A stretch of 64,000 nucleotides of DNA from Candidatus Woesebacteria bacterium (GTDB lineage Bacteria; Patescibacteriota; Microgenomatia; UBA1400; PJMF01). The position numbers were made by a program, and so were the translations under genes. How positions within the stretch are numbered: the first letter of the stretch is position 1; every line of letters begins with the position of its first letter. Under the pieces are notes generated by a model, which saw only the letters and a program-made list of their open reading frames with translations, was not told where the DNA came from and did not search any database. Location: the NCBI GenBank assembly GCA_050123235.1, contig JASFHL010000002.1:79326-143325 (forward strand), written 5' to 3'. Positions 48,664 to 58,604 of the stretch are shown piece by piece.

Positions 48664-49461
48664 ATGGATATTTCTCAAGCTATTTTACTAGGAATAATAC
48701 AGGGGATTACTGAATTTTTACCAATTTCTAGTTCTGGACATCTTGTCATTTTTCAACAATTATTAGGTCATGCTGAACCTCAGTTAACCTTTGATACCTT
48801 TCTACACTTAGCTACTCTATTAGCAATTATCATTTTCTTTTTTGCTGAAATTATTAAAATTAGAAAAAAAAGCCTAGTTCTATTGATAATAGCCACCATC
48901 CCTATTACAATTTTTGGTTTATTAATTAATCATTATGGTGAATTTTTATTTAGCTCAATTCCGTTAGTTGCTATTACCTTAGGTATTACTGGAATCATTA
49001 ATTTGCTCACTGATAGAAAACTGGAGAAAAGGAAACAAGAACAAAAAACTAAAACAGAAATAAAACGCTCAGATGCTTTAATTATTGGAATTTTCCAAGC
49101 ATTAGCTGTAATCCCAGGAATTTCTAGGTCTGGATCTACTTTATTTGCAAGTATTAATCAGAAACTAGATAGACAAACAGCTTTTAATTTTTCTTTCCTA
49201 CTAGCCATCCCCGCTATTTTAGGTGCTGTTATATTACAATCAATTAAACTTTATCAACAAGGATTTAATATAGCACAGCCAATTAATTTCCTTGCTGGTG
49301 GAATAGCTGCTTTTTTTAGTGGTTTATTAAGCTTAGCTTTCCTAAACTTTGTAATTAAAAAGGCACGCTTTGAATGGTTTGCTCTTTACTGTATTACTCT
49401 TTCTGTTATTACTATGTTTCTTTTTATTAATCTAAAATATTCTTGGCTATCCTGTAACTAA
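48664..49461 (+). CDS. uppP: Undecaprenyl-diphosphate phosphatase
   Basis: QGITEFLPISSSGHL, PGISRSGST. Confidence 0.95.
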   Translation: MDISQAILLGIIQGITEFLPISSSGHLVIFQQLLGHAEPQLTFDTFLHLATLLAIIIFFFAEIIKIRKKSLVLLIIATIPITIFGLLINHYGEFLFSSIPLVAITLGITGIINLLTDRKLEKRKQEQKTKTEIKRSDALIIGIFQALAVIPGISRSGSTLFASINQKLDRQTAFNFSFLLAIPAILGAVILQSIKLYQQGFNIAQPINFLAGGIAAFFSGLLSLAFLNFVIKKARFEWFALYCITLSVITMFLFINLKYSWLSCN

Positions 49462-50956
49462 TAGCTTCTGCTAATTGCTTCTCACTAATCTCTTTAACTC
49501 CATCTAAATCTGCAATTGTTTGCGCTACCTTGATAATTTTAAAATACACTCTCGCTGAAAATTTCAAACGTTCTGCAGCTATCTGTAAAAATCTAAAAGC
49601 TGCTTTTTCCATTTTGCAAACATTTCTTAAAATTTTATTGTCTAGCTCAGAGTTATTTGTTAAAGCAAATTGACTCAATCTATTAAGTTGAGCATTTCTG
49701 GCCTTAATTACTCTCTGTCTAATCTGGGTAGATGTCTCTTGTTCAGCTAAATTTTGTTCTGCTAAATCTTCGATTTTTACTGCCCTTACCCTAAAATGTA
49801 AATCAATTCTGTCTAAAATCGGACCAGATAATTTTCTTCTATAACGCTGAAGATCAAAATCATTACAAATACATAGATTCTCAGCTGAAACTGAACCACG
49901 ATAACCACAGGGGCAGGGGTTAGCAGCAGCAATTAAAGTAAAAATGGCTGGATAAGTAACAGCTCCAATTGCTCTAGAAATAATCACTTTACCTTCCTCC
50001 AAAGGTTGACGTAGAGCTTCTAAGCAAAACCTAGAAAACTCTGGAAATTCGTCTAAAAAAAGTACACCTCGGTGCGCTAAAGAAATCTCACCTGGCTTTA
50101 AAGCAGTACCACCGCCCAGCAAGGCAACATGCGAACTAGTGTGATGAGGAGAACGAAATGGTCGTTCACGGATTAAAGAGCTTTTAGCTAAACCTGCCAC
50201 TGAATAAATTTTAGTCACTTCAACAGCTTCTTGTTCAGTCAATGGTGGCAAGATTGAAACCATAGCTTTTGCTAAAAGAGTTTTGCCAGAACCTGGTGGA
50301 CCTAACATCAATAAATTATGCCCCCCTGCTGCCGCAATCTCTAAGACTCTTTTTGCTTCTAGTTGTCCTTTAATATCAGCAAAATCTATCTTAAATTTTT
50401 GACTTTGAGCAGCCTTAAAACTTTTATGTAATAATTCTGGCAAAAGAGATTTTTTCTTTGCTAAAGAAATAATTTCTTTTAAATGCTGAATGGTAAAAAT
50501 TTTAATACCAGAAATCAAAGATAATTCATCTTGATTAGCAGCAGGCAAAATTACTTTTTTAAAACCCATTTTTTTAGCAGCCAAAACTAGAGGTAAAGCT
50601 CCTTTGATAACTTTAACTGCCCCATTAAGAGATAATTCACCAAAAAAGATAGTGTCATCAGTCTTAAGCTTTATTTCTTGATAATTTTTGAGTAAAGCAA
50701 CTGCAATCGCTAATTCTAGAATACTACTAGTTTTTTTAATATCAGCTGGGGCCAAATTAACTATTGTTCGCTTAGCTCTAGTTCTCACTCCGCAATTGAG
50801 TAGAGCAGAGCTGATTCTTTCCTTAGCCTCTTCTACTGCGCGGCCAGCCAAACCAATCAGAACTAATCCTGGCACACCTCGATTACTGTCTACCTCAACT
50901 TCAACTTTGATCGGTTGCAGGCCAATTATAATGGCAGTATAAGTTCGAGAAATCAT
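49427..50956 (-). CDS. comM: YifB/ComM Mg-chelatase-like AAA+ ATPase
   Basis: VNLAPAD, GPPGSGKT, RPFRSPHHT, GVLFLDEFPEF, NPCPCG. Confidence 0.93.
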   Translation of the reverse strand: MISRTYTAIIIGLQPIKVEVEVDSNRGVPGLVLIGLAGRAVEEAKERISSALLNCGVRTRAKRTIVNLAPADIKKTSSILELAIAVALLKNYQEIKLKTDDTIFFGELSLNGAVKVIKGALPLVLAAKKMGFKKVILPAANQDELSLISGIKIFTIQHLKEIISLAKKKSLLPELLHKSFKAAQSQKFKIDFADIKGQLEAKRVLEIAAAGGHNLLMLGPPGSGKTLLAKAMVSILPPLTEQEAVEVTKIYSVAGLAKSSLIRERPFRSPHHTSSHVALLGGGTALKPGEISLAHRGVLFLDEFPEFSRFCLEALRQPLEEGKVIISRAIGAVTYPAIFTLIAAANPCPCGYRGSVSAENLCICNDFDLQRYRRKLSGPILDRIDLHFRVRAVKIEDLAEQNLAEQETSTQIRQRVIKARNAQLNRLSQFALTNNSELDNKILRNVCKMEKAAFRFLQIAAERLKFSARVYFKIIKVAQTIADLDGVKEISEKQLAEAISYRIAKNILD

Positions 50957-51026
50957 TGATTAAGCATCAGTTTAGACTCAAATGTTTACAAGAACTGTAA
51001 TTTGGGAGGAATTTCAAAAAATCTAA

Positions 51027-51437
51027 TTACCAAATAATCCGATAAACATACTTATCTTTATCTTGGCTATAATCTCTAATTTCAATCTGGTCAGAATTTT
51101 TATAATACTGACCTTCAAATTTAAACAAGTCACCATCTTCACCATAAAAATTACTAGAATCCTTATATAATTGGATTTTGAGTAAATCAGTTCCTCTTTT
51201 ACCCAAAAACTCAAGCTTAATCACTATGGGAGAATCAAGGCGCAGATCTTGATCAATGATTTTGTGATATTTATCATCTTGAAGATCAACAGAGTCTAGC
51301 ATTACTTTACCATTAAACTCATACATCTTAGCCCCATCAGGAACTCTCTTTACTCCAATGCGATGCCAATTAAAAAAACGTCTATTTCTAAAAACATAAA
51401 CAATGCTTGAAACTAGTGCTCGTTGACGATCTGTCAT
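51027..51437 (-). CDS. Hypothetical protein
   Basis: 136-aa ORF, 6 bp from the upstream co-oriented ORF; no motif recognised. Confidence 0.55.
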   Translation of the reverse strand: MTDRQRALVSSIVYVFRNRRFFNWHRIGVKRVPDGAKMYEFNGKVMLDSVDLQDDKYHKIIDQDLRLDSPIVIKLEFLGKRGTDLLKIQLYKDSSNFYGEDGDLFKFEGQYYKNSDQIEIRDYSQDKDKYVYRIIW

Positions 51438-51443
51438 AAAAAT

Positions 51444-51815
51444 TTAAGAAATATTTACTTGGTATTGTTTATCTCCAATCCTAATATAGCTACTGCTAAT
51501 ATTGATCTGGAGAGAAGTTGCTTTCCAGTAATTTGCCTGATTGCCAGAAAATTGAAGTTCTATAATCTCCTTGTTATTAATATAAAATCTGCCACTTGAA
51601 CCAGTTTTATTCCCAGTAATACGATCATCATCCAAAATTAAATCCAATCTATTATTTTCTAAAGAAAACTCACCATCAGCCCATTCATAATCACCGCCAT
51701 TACTCTGAACAACAATTCTGGCTCGAACTGCTCCTTCTGTTGATTCGGCAAACTCCTTATTAAAGCAGGCAGCGATTGCTGCTACAATCAATTCTTGGCT
51801 TAAAGCTTCACTCAT
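51444..51815 (-). CDS. Hypothetical protein
   Basis: 123-aa ORF with an AAAGGA RBS; no motif recognised. Confidence 0.6.
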   Translation of the reverse strand: MSEALSQELIVAAIAACFNKEFAESTEGAVRARIVVQSNGGDYEWADGEFSLENNRLDLILDDDRITGNKTGSSGRFYINNKEIIELQFSGNQANYWKATSLQINISSSYIRIGDKQYQVNIS

Positions 51816-51912
51816 AAAAATCCTTTATTTAATTTTTTGAAATTAACAATATTATATCATCGCCAAAGAAGAAATCTGTCAATTTAAAAAATAAAGCAAA
51901 TTGAGGACCAAC

Positions 51913-52827
51913 TCAGAACATTGCCATTTTTATAGCGCCATGGGCTGGAGAATTTTTTGGAAAAATAGGCTTAATTTGAGAATTAAAATCTTTTATCCTA
52001 GCAATTAATTGCTCTTTAATATAAGTGACTCTAGTGAGGCCACCAACTAAAACTACATCCGTAACTGTATCTTGCAAATCTAACTTTTTAATCACAGTCA
52101 CAACCATATTCATTAAGTTACTGATTGCCTGATCAAAAATCTCCTTTGCCACTAAATCATCCTGCTCAAAAGCTTGAGTACAAAGTTGGGCTAATTGAGC
52201 AATTTGTTTTTTACTCAATAAAGGCTGATAAACTTTAGATTTCAAATCAAGTATCGAATCCACTTTGAAATACTCACAAAGTAATTTTTCTAAAATTGTT
52301 TTCTTAGCCCGGCCATCATAACTCTGAGTAGCTGCCTTTAGAACTGCTAAGCCAATGCTATAAGCTGAACCTTCACCAGCCAACAAAAAATCTAAACCTC
52401 CAGTTTTAGCAATTTGACCCTTTTGATTACGGCCAAGACAATTAGAACCAGTCCCAGCAATTAAAATTATTGCATTCTCTTTTTTGCTACCACTAGCAAG
52501 CGCAATCCAGGCATCGTTAACTATAGAATAATTTTTTATGGAAAATTTCTGAAATATAGGGGTAAAAACTTTATCAGCATTATCCTTATCTTCTTGATTA
52601 TCAACTCCAGCTAAGCCAAAAACTAAATTTTCAACTGAAGCTCCATCTTGAAATTTATTAAAAGTATTATTCAAAACTGCTTCTAAATTAGCTGCAGCTT
52701 CCTCAGCAGCTATTACATCTAAATTAGTTGGACCGGAGACAAGCTCAGCCAAAACTTTACCAGCCTCATCAGCTAGCACTAATTCTGTTTTACTGGCACC
52801 ACCGTCAATTCCGATGTAATATTTCAT
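51913..52827 (-). CDS. BadF/BadG/BcrA/BcrD-type sugar kinase (N-acetylglucosamine kinase-like)
   Basis: IGIDGGASKT, GLAGVD, VNDA, IAGTGS. Confidence 0.88.
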   Translation of the reverse strand: MKYYIGIDGGASKTELVLADEAGKVLAELVSGPTNLDVIAAEEAAANLEAVLNNTFNKFQDGASVENLVFGLAGVDNQEDKDNADKVFTPIFQKFSIKNYSIVNDAWIALASGSKKENAIILIAGTGSNCLGRNQKGQIAKTGGLDFLLAGEGSAYSIGLAVLKAATQSYDGRAKKTILEKLLCEYFKVDSILDLKSKVYQPLLSKKQIAQLAQLCTQAFEQDDLVAKEIFDQAISNLMNMVVTVIKKLDLQDTVTDVVLVGGLTRVTYIKEQLIARIKDFNSQIKPIFPKNSPAHGAIKMAMF

Positions 52828-54784
52828 CTTTTTTAGCTAAATATTCTAAAATCAATTCAATATAAACAGCATGGCTCCAAACTAAAGGCGTAGCGGACTT
52901 AGCCTCACCAGTATATGGATCAATTTGTTCTGGCAAAATTCCAGAAGGGTACATTAGATCCACTGTCCAATTGATTACTCGTTCTACTTCTTCTAGATCA
53001 GCTTGAGTGACCTGTTTCTTTTTTAACAAACTTATTGCTGGCCACATGGTAGTAATTAGCCAAGGATTTGCTAGATCTTTATCTTTAAAATATTTATCAT
53101 TTTCATAACGAATTAAACCAGCGCGATCACCAGGATTAGTTAAACGTTTTTTAACCTCTGCATCAGTGGAAATGAACAAAGGATCATCCTGATCGAAAAC
53201 ATTAAAATACCACAGACCAAAAAGAGAACTTGAATCCACAGTATTATCATGAACTACCGCTTTACCATCCCAAACTGCTGTTCTTACAAAGGAATTCAAT
53301 TTTTTGCTATATAAATGATCAACCATTGCCTTCTTAACCTCTTTAGCTGCATCACGATATTTTCTCATATGATTTCTTTTACCTAGCAATTCACTAAAAT
53401 CAGCAGCAGCCATCAAGCCGCCATAAACTGAACAACAAGTGTAAGTCGAAATACCTATTTTTTCTTCCCACAAATCATAAGAAGGCAATGGTAAACCTGA
53501 TTCAGGATTTCGAAAACTAACTAAAAAATCAGCAATTTTCTCAATCATAGGTTTATATAGCTCTTCAATAAATTCTAAATCTTTGCTGGACTGATAATGC
53601 TGCCAGAGGGCAAATAAGACTCCTGCACTTTCATCTTCTTGAATTGGCAATTGTAAAATTTTATCTTTCAACCAATCACTTTGAGCAGTGGTTGAATGCC
53701 AGGTTGAACCCAAGCTTCTATCAGAATTAAAACGGTGATGCAAATAACCATCAGGATGCAATACATCTTTACAAAAAATAAAAAATTCTTCTGTAACTTC
53801 AGTATAACCAGCCTTATCCAAAGCAGCACAAATAAAAGCAGCATCCCGTGGCCACATATAGGTATAGTCATCCTTGCCATATTCAATCATTTGGCTATCA
53901 GCGCTGGCGATGATACTCCCTCCGTTATCAGTATGCGCCCTTAAGATAAACAGTGAAGTATCAAATAATTTTCTCTGTTTCTCGGAAAGACTTTTAATTT
54001 GAGGATTGCGTTTCATTAACCAAGCACGCCAATAGTGTTCAGTTGAATGAATCATCCCTTCTGGAGTTTTATCATAAACCATCTGATTCATTTTGTAAGC
54101 TTCTGCTAAAGATTTACCAGCACAAATCCAATAATAAACTCTTGTTTTGCATTTACCTTCACAAGAAGCGTAAAATCTCATCACACTATCGACGCTACCA
54201 TGCTCAACTGCGTTTTTCGCTAATTCTCCATCCTCTGCATCTCGATAACTACCTTCTTTGCCAGCAAACTGATAAGCTCCAACTGTATAATCATCCAGTC
54301 TCTTACCAGCTTCAGTTTGACCATTAACAAAAAAAACTCGTCTACCTTTGTAATGAACAATAGCACTATGAGTTGGATCATAGAAAGCTGTATTCCTCTT
54401 TCTATACTCACTGATCATAAAAACTTGATGGAAAAAAATTTTAATATCTGCCTTGTTTTCACTATGATTGTAAATATCTACTTGTCGTAAAAAAACATTG
54501 GTCTCATTGTAAACAATATCTTCCATCACTAAACTAATATCTAGTTTTTCATTTTTACAAACCAAATAACCAACCATTGTTTCTGGTTTATATCCCAAAG
54601 TAATTTTCCATGAACCATCATCAAGCCAAGAAAAGCGATTATTGACCATCAAGCCAATACGATGTTTATGACCGCTAACATGATTTTCCAAACCCACATA
54701 ATGATAATGCATATCACGGACAAAACCATATTTATCAAGAGTGACTAGAAAATTCCCATTACTGAGGACAAGAGCTCTGGCCAT
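52805..54784 (-). CDS. Glycoside hydrolase family 15 (glucoamylase-like)
   Basis: YTYMWPRDA, QEDE, YDLWEE, LPEQ, PLVWSHA. Confidence 0.92.
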   Translation of the reverse strand: MARALVLSNGNFLVTLDKYGFVRDMHYHYVGLENHVSGHKHRIGLMVNNRFSWLDDGSWKITLGYKPETMVGYLVCKNEKLDISLVMEDIVYNETNVFLRQVDIYNHSENKADIKIFFHQVFMISEYRKRNTAFYDPTHSAIVHYKGRRVFFVNGQTEAGKRLDDYTVGAYQFAGKEGSYRDAEDGELAKNAVEHGSVDSVMRFYASCEGKCKTRVYYWICAGKSLAEAYKMNQMVYDKTPEGMIHSTEHYWRAWLMKRNPQIKSLSEKQRKLFDTSLFILRAHTDNGGSIIASADSQMIEYGKDDYTYMWPRDAAFICAALDKAGYTEVTEEFFIFCKDVLHPDGYLHHRFNSDRSLGSTWHSTTAQSDWLKDKILQLPIQEDESAGVLFALWQHYQSSKDLEFIEELYKPMIEKIADFLVSFRNPESGLPLPSYDLWEEKIGISTYTCCSVYGGLMAAADFSELLGKRNHMRKYRDAAKEVKKAMVDHLYSKKLNSFVRTAVWDGKAVVHDNTVDSSSLFGLWYFNVFDQDDPLFISTDAEVKKRLTNPGDRAGLIRYENDKYFKDKDLANPWLITTMWPAISLLKKKQVTQADLEEVERVINWTVDLMYPSGILPEQIDPYTGEAKSATPLVWSHAVYIELILEYLAKKDEILHRN

Positions 54785-54811
54785 AAAACCTTTTTATAAA
54801 ACTATTTTTCA

Positions 54812-56041
54812 TCATAACAATCTTTCCCTGAGGTCCGCAAGCACTATCGAATATTTTCTATAAGCTTCAAACGGACTTTTATAAGGATTAAAATAAGCAT
54901 GGACATCACCATCCGCCGCCCATTTAGTACACATATAATAGAAATGATCGCTGGTTTGTAACCTACGCCAGTCTTCAACTAGTTGCTCATTATTAGAATT
55001 TAAAATTTTGTCTTCCATTGAATAAAGAATTCTTAAACTATCGTATTGGAACTGGTTATCTCGCCAAGCTGTTAGATCTCGATCAATATCAGCCCAAGAA
55101 ATATAATCAGGCACATCATAAATTGCTAATTTATTGAGTTTTTTCTGACTTAATTTAAAAGAAGCTGATCGCTGTTTTACAGCATATTGCTTAAATATCT
55201 CGGAAGGCAAAACAAAATGATTCCAGCTTTTATCTAAAAATCTTTTAATTAATTCTGCAAAAAAATCAAAAATACCTGTATCCACCCACTGATGTTCACC
55301 AAAGGTCTCAAAGTCCATAAATAAATTTACTAGGGATTCTTCAGGATAAATTTGAATCCACTCTAGATAACGATCAACTGTTAGTGGATACCATAACCAA
55401 CTCCTATTACTAAAACGAAAAGCAAGATCATCAGAAAGCTTAGCATGTTTTAAAAGCAAGGGCACTTTATTAAGAGACTGACTGGCAAAAAGCTGAGTTC
55501 TAGTTCTTCCTTGTAAGTAACGATCAACTGCCTCGGTTAGAACTCCTAAAAAATCAAAATCATCTAATAAGTCAATAATTTCATTGGCATAAATTAGTTC
55601 TGTATTTCTAAAAACCTTTGTTTCAAAGTTAAAGAGTTTTTTTATTAAGTTTCTGTGTTTATCAACTTGATGAATAAATTCATCCTTGGAATATAAAAAA
55701 GCAAGAGAATGATAATAAGTCTCTGATAATAACTCCAAACGCCCTGTTTTTACTGCGTCTTTAATTAATTGAATTATTTCTTTTTCATAAAACAAAGCTT
55801 GTTCTAAAAAAACTCCACTGCAAGATAAAGCAAATTTAAAATTATCGTGCCGATGAAGTAAATCATTTAGCAGGCGTAGCATTGGTAAATATGATTTATT
55901 TGCAACTTTTTGAAAAACTAATCTATTTAAATCATTTTTCTCTGAAAAAAAATATGAACTATTATTGCCTAAATCAAAAACTTCAAAATTCTGCAAACGA
56001 TAAGGTTGATGAAGTTGAAAATACAAACAAATTTGCGGCAT
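54812..56041 (-). CDS. Glycoside hydrolase family 57 (alpha-amylase-like)
   Basis: LHQPYRL, ETYYHSL, FRNTEL, MDFETFGEHQW, LQTSDHFYYM. Confidence 0.94.
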   Translation of the reverse strand: MPQICLYFQLHQPYRLQNFEVFDLGNNSSYFFSEKNDLNRLVFQKVANKSYLPMLRLLNDLLHRHDNFKFALSCSGVFLEQALFYEKEIIQLIKDAVKTGRLELLSETYYHSLAFLYSKDEFIHQVDKHRNLIKKLFNFETKVFRNTELIYANEIIDLLDDFDFLGVLTEAVDRYLQGRTRTQLFASQSLNKVPLLLKHAKLSDDLAFRFSNRSWLWYPLTVDRYLEWIQIYPEESLVNLFMDFETFGEHQWVDTGIFDFFAELIKRFLDKSWNHFVLPSEIFKQYAVKQRSASFKLSQKKLNKLAIYDVPDYISWADIDRDLTAWRDNQFQYDSLRILYSMEDKILNSNNEQLVEDWRRLQTSDHFYYMCTKWAADGDVHAYFNPYKSPFEAYRKYSIVLADLRERLL

Positions 56042-56065
56042 GACTAGAATATATCCTAAACTTAG

Positions 56066-57301
56066 TTACGAAAACAATCTATTATAAACTTGCTTTACCG
56101 CCTGAGCTGATTTATCCCAAGACAAGGATTTGAGATCACGCAACTGACCTTTTACTACTTTCTCACTGAAGCCCTTACTCCTAAGTAAACGCAAGACTGT
56201 TTGGCTCATTTTATCAAGATCCCAAAAATCAATAGTCATAGCACTCTTCATTACTTCGGCTACTCCAGAGTTTTTAGAAATAATTACTGGAGTTTTATAA
56301 CTAGCTGCTTCTAAAGCTACCAAACCAAATGGCTCAGACACAGAAGGCATAATAAAAACATCGGCTCTATTTAAAAGTTTATCTTTTTGCTTATCTCTCA
56401 CAAAACCACTGAACAAAACAGAAGCAGATAAACTCTTACCCGCTGCTCTAAATAATAGTTCATGATACATATCACCACTACCAGCCAAAATAAACAGTGT
56501 ATCAGACATCTTTTCTAATACTTTTTTGGCCACTGAAATAAAGAACTCAGCTCCTTTTTGAGCTGTGAAGCGACCCATGAACACTACTACCGGCCTTTTA
56601 TGAGCAAATTGATATTTATCAAAACTAGGATTTTTTAAATTGAAGGATATGCCATTATGGACTACATCTATTTTATTGGGATTAATCTGATATTTATCAA
56701 CTAATAATCTTTTAGTGTAATAACTGACAGCAATCACCCGATCAGCTGTCATCATTCCTTCATATTCTGTATGAGCAATATAGTGACTACCATACCCATG
56801 AGGTATACGATCAAACTCCGTAGAATGGATATGAGCAACCATAGCTTTACCAGTTTTTTTCTTTAATCTAGCTGCTGCTGGAAAAGCCATCCAATCATGA
56901 GCATGAATTAAATCAAAATCATTCTTAAGCTGATTGGTATTCTGCTCAACTAACTGACTATAACGCTCTACCTTATGTTCCAATTCTGATTGAGGCAAAG
57001 CATTAAGTTCAAATAAATCCAAGGGTCTATCAAAGGATGATCGCCTTGTTCGAACTGATGTATAAGCCATGAAGGGAGCTTTGTTTTTACTATTCATAAG
57101 CTCCCATTCAGGATCAACGCAAGATAAAACATTCATATGAACTAGTGGCTTATGAAGAATATAAGGAAGAGTAAAATAAATTTGTGTATTAGTTCCGGCT
57201 AAAGATTTAGTTAAACCTTGACACGCCACACCTAGACCACCACTATTATGAGGTGGATATTCCCAACCAATCATTAGCACTTTCCCATCATGAAGTGGCA
57301 T
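56066..57301 (-). CDS. Glycosyltransferase family 4 (glycogen synthase-like)
   Basis: GWEYPPHNSGGLG, IHAHDW, PSVSEPFGLVALEA. Confidence 0.93.
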   Translation of the reverse strand: MPLHDGKVLMIGWEYPPHNSGGLGVACQGLTKSLAGTNTQIYFTLPYILHKPLVHMNVLSCVDPEWELMNSKNKAPFMAYTSVRTRRSSFDRPLDLFELNALPQSELEHKVERYSQLVEQNTNQLKNDFDLIHAHDWMAFPAAARLKKKTGKAMVAHIHSTEFDRIPHGYGSHYIAHTEYEGMMTADRVIAVSYYTKRLLVDKYQINPNKIDVVHNGISFNLKNPSFDKYQFAHKRPVVVFMGRFTAQKGAEFFISVAKKVLEKMSDTLFILAGSGDMYHELLFRAAGKSLSASVLFSGFVRDKQKDKLLNRADVFIMPSVSEPFGLVALEAASYKTPVIISKNSGVAEVMKSAMTIDFWDLDKMSQTVLRLLRSKGFSEKVVKGQLRDLKSLSWDKSAQAVKQVYNRLFS

Positions 57302-57386
57302 AAATAATCTATCATATTAGTGTAGCGATTTCTCTCTATTGTTGACAAGAGGAAAAACGTTATTCTATGAGATATAATATGAGCAA

Positions 57387-58604
57387 ATGATTAAGAATAT
57401 TATTTACCGATTAAAAAGACCTTACCATTTTTTAAAAACTGCAATTTTTCGTGGTATCCCAGCTCAAATTAAATATAGATTCCCTAGTAAAAAATTAAAA
57501 GTAATCACTATTACCGGCACTGATGGTAAGACCACCTCTAGTACCTTAACCTATCATATTTTAAAAACTGCTGGTAAAAAAGTAGGCCTCATTTCAACTG
57601 TAGCTGCATACATAGGGGATAAGGAAATTGAAACTGGATTGCATGTGACTACTCCAGATCCTAGAAAACTACAACAATTAATGAGAGAAATGCTTAATCA
57701 GGGACTTGAATACTTAGTGCTTGAATTTACTTCACATGGAGCTTATCAATATCGAACTTGGGGTGTCAAACCCTTCATTGGCGGCCTTACTAACATTACT
57801 CATGAACATTTGGATTATCATCTCAACATGGAAAATTATATTGATGCTAAAGCAATGATGCTTAAAAAAGCTTCTACATTAATCCTTAACGCTGATGACA
57901 AAAATTACCTAAAGTTAAGAAAAAAGTTCAATAAAAAACAAAATATTATTAATTATTCTTTATCAGAAAAACTTCCTTCTAGCCTCACTACTGCTATTAA
58001 AAAAAGATTCCCAGAATCATATAACCAGATGAATGCTAGATTAGCTATAAAAATCGCTAAACTATTAAAAATCGAAAATAAAGATATTATTAGAGCAATC
58101 GAATCTTTTCCAGGAGTTCCCGGTAGAATGCAATTCGTAAGCAATAAGAAAGGTTTTGAAATCGTGATTGATTTTGCTCATACACCCAATGCCTTGGAAG
58201 CCGCTTTGACTGCACTCAGAAAAAAACAGAAACAAGATAAATCAAAAGGTAAACTAATTGCTGTTTACGGTTGTGCTGGACTTAGAGATGTAAAAAAACG
58301 GCCAATGATGGGTAAAATTGGTGTTGATTTAGCAGATTTAGTGATTTTTACAGCTGAGGATCCCCGTACTGAAGATGTTTGGTCAATTATTCGCCAAATG
58401 AAAGAACAACTAGAAGATGGCCATAATAAAATTATCAGCATTGCTGATAGAAAAAAAGCAATTAGTTTTGCCTTAAGAAAAATAGCAAAAAGAGGAGATT
58501 TAATAGCTATCTTTGGCAAAGGGCCGGAAAAAAGTATCTGTTATGGAAAAATAGAAAAACCCTGGAGCGATCTTAAAGTTGTGCAGGAAATACTCAATGG
58601 ATAA
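57387..58604 (+). CDS. murE: Mur ligase, MurE-like
   Basis: ITGTDGKTT, TNITHEHLDYH, DFAHTP, KRPMMG, EDPRTE. Confidence 0.88.
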   Translation: MIKNIIYRLKRPYHFLKTAIFRGIPAQIKYRFPSKKLKVITITGTDGKTTSSTLTYHILKTAGKKVGLISTVAAYIGDKEIETGLHVTTPDPRKLQQLMREMLNQGLEYLVLEFTSHGAYQYRTWGVKPFIGGLTNITHEHLDYHLNMENYIDAKAMMLKKASTLILNADDKNYLKLRKKFNKKQNIINYSLSEKLPSSLTTAIKKRFPESYNQMNARLAIKIAKLLKIENKDIIRAIESFPGVPGRMQFVSNKKGFEIVIDFAHTPNALEAALTALRKKQKQDKSKGKLIAVYGCAGLRDVKKRPMMGKIGVDLADLVIFTAEDPRTEDVWSIIRQMKEQLEDGHNKIISIADRKKAISFALRKIAKRGDLIAIFGKGPEKSICYGKIEKPWSDLKVVQEILNG

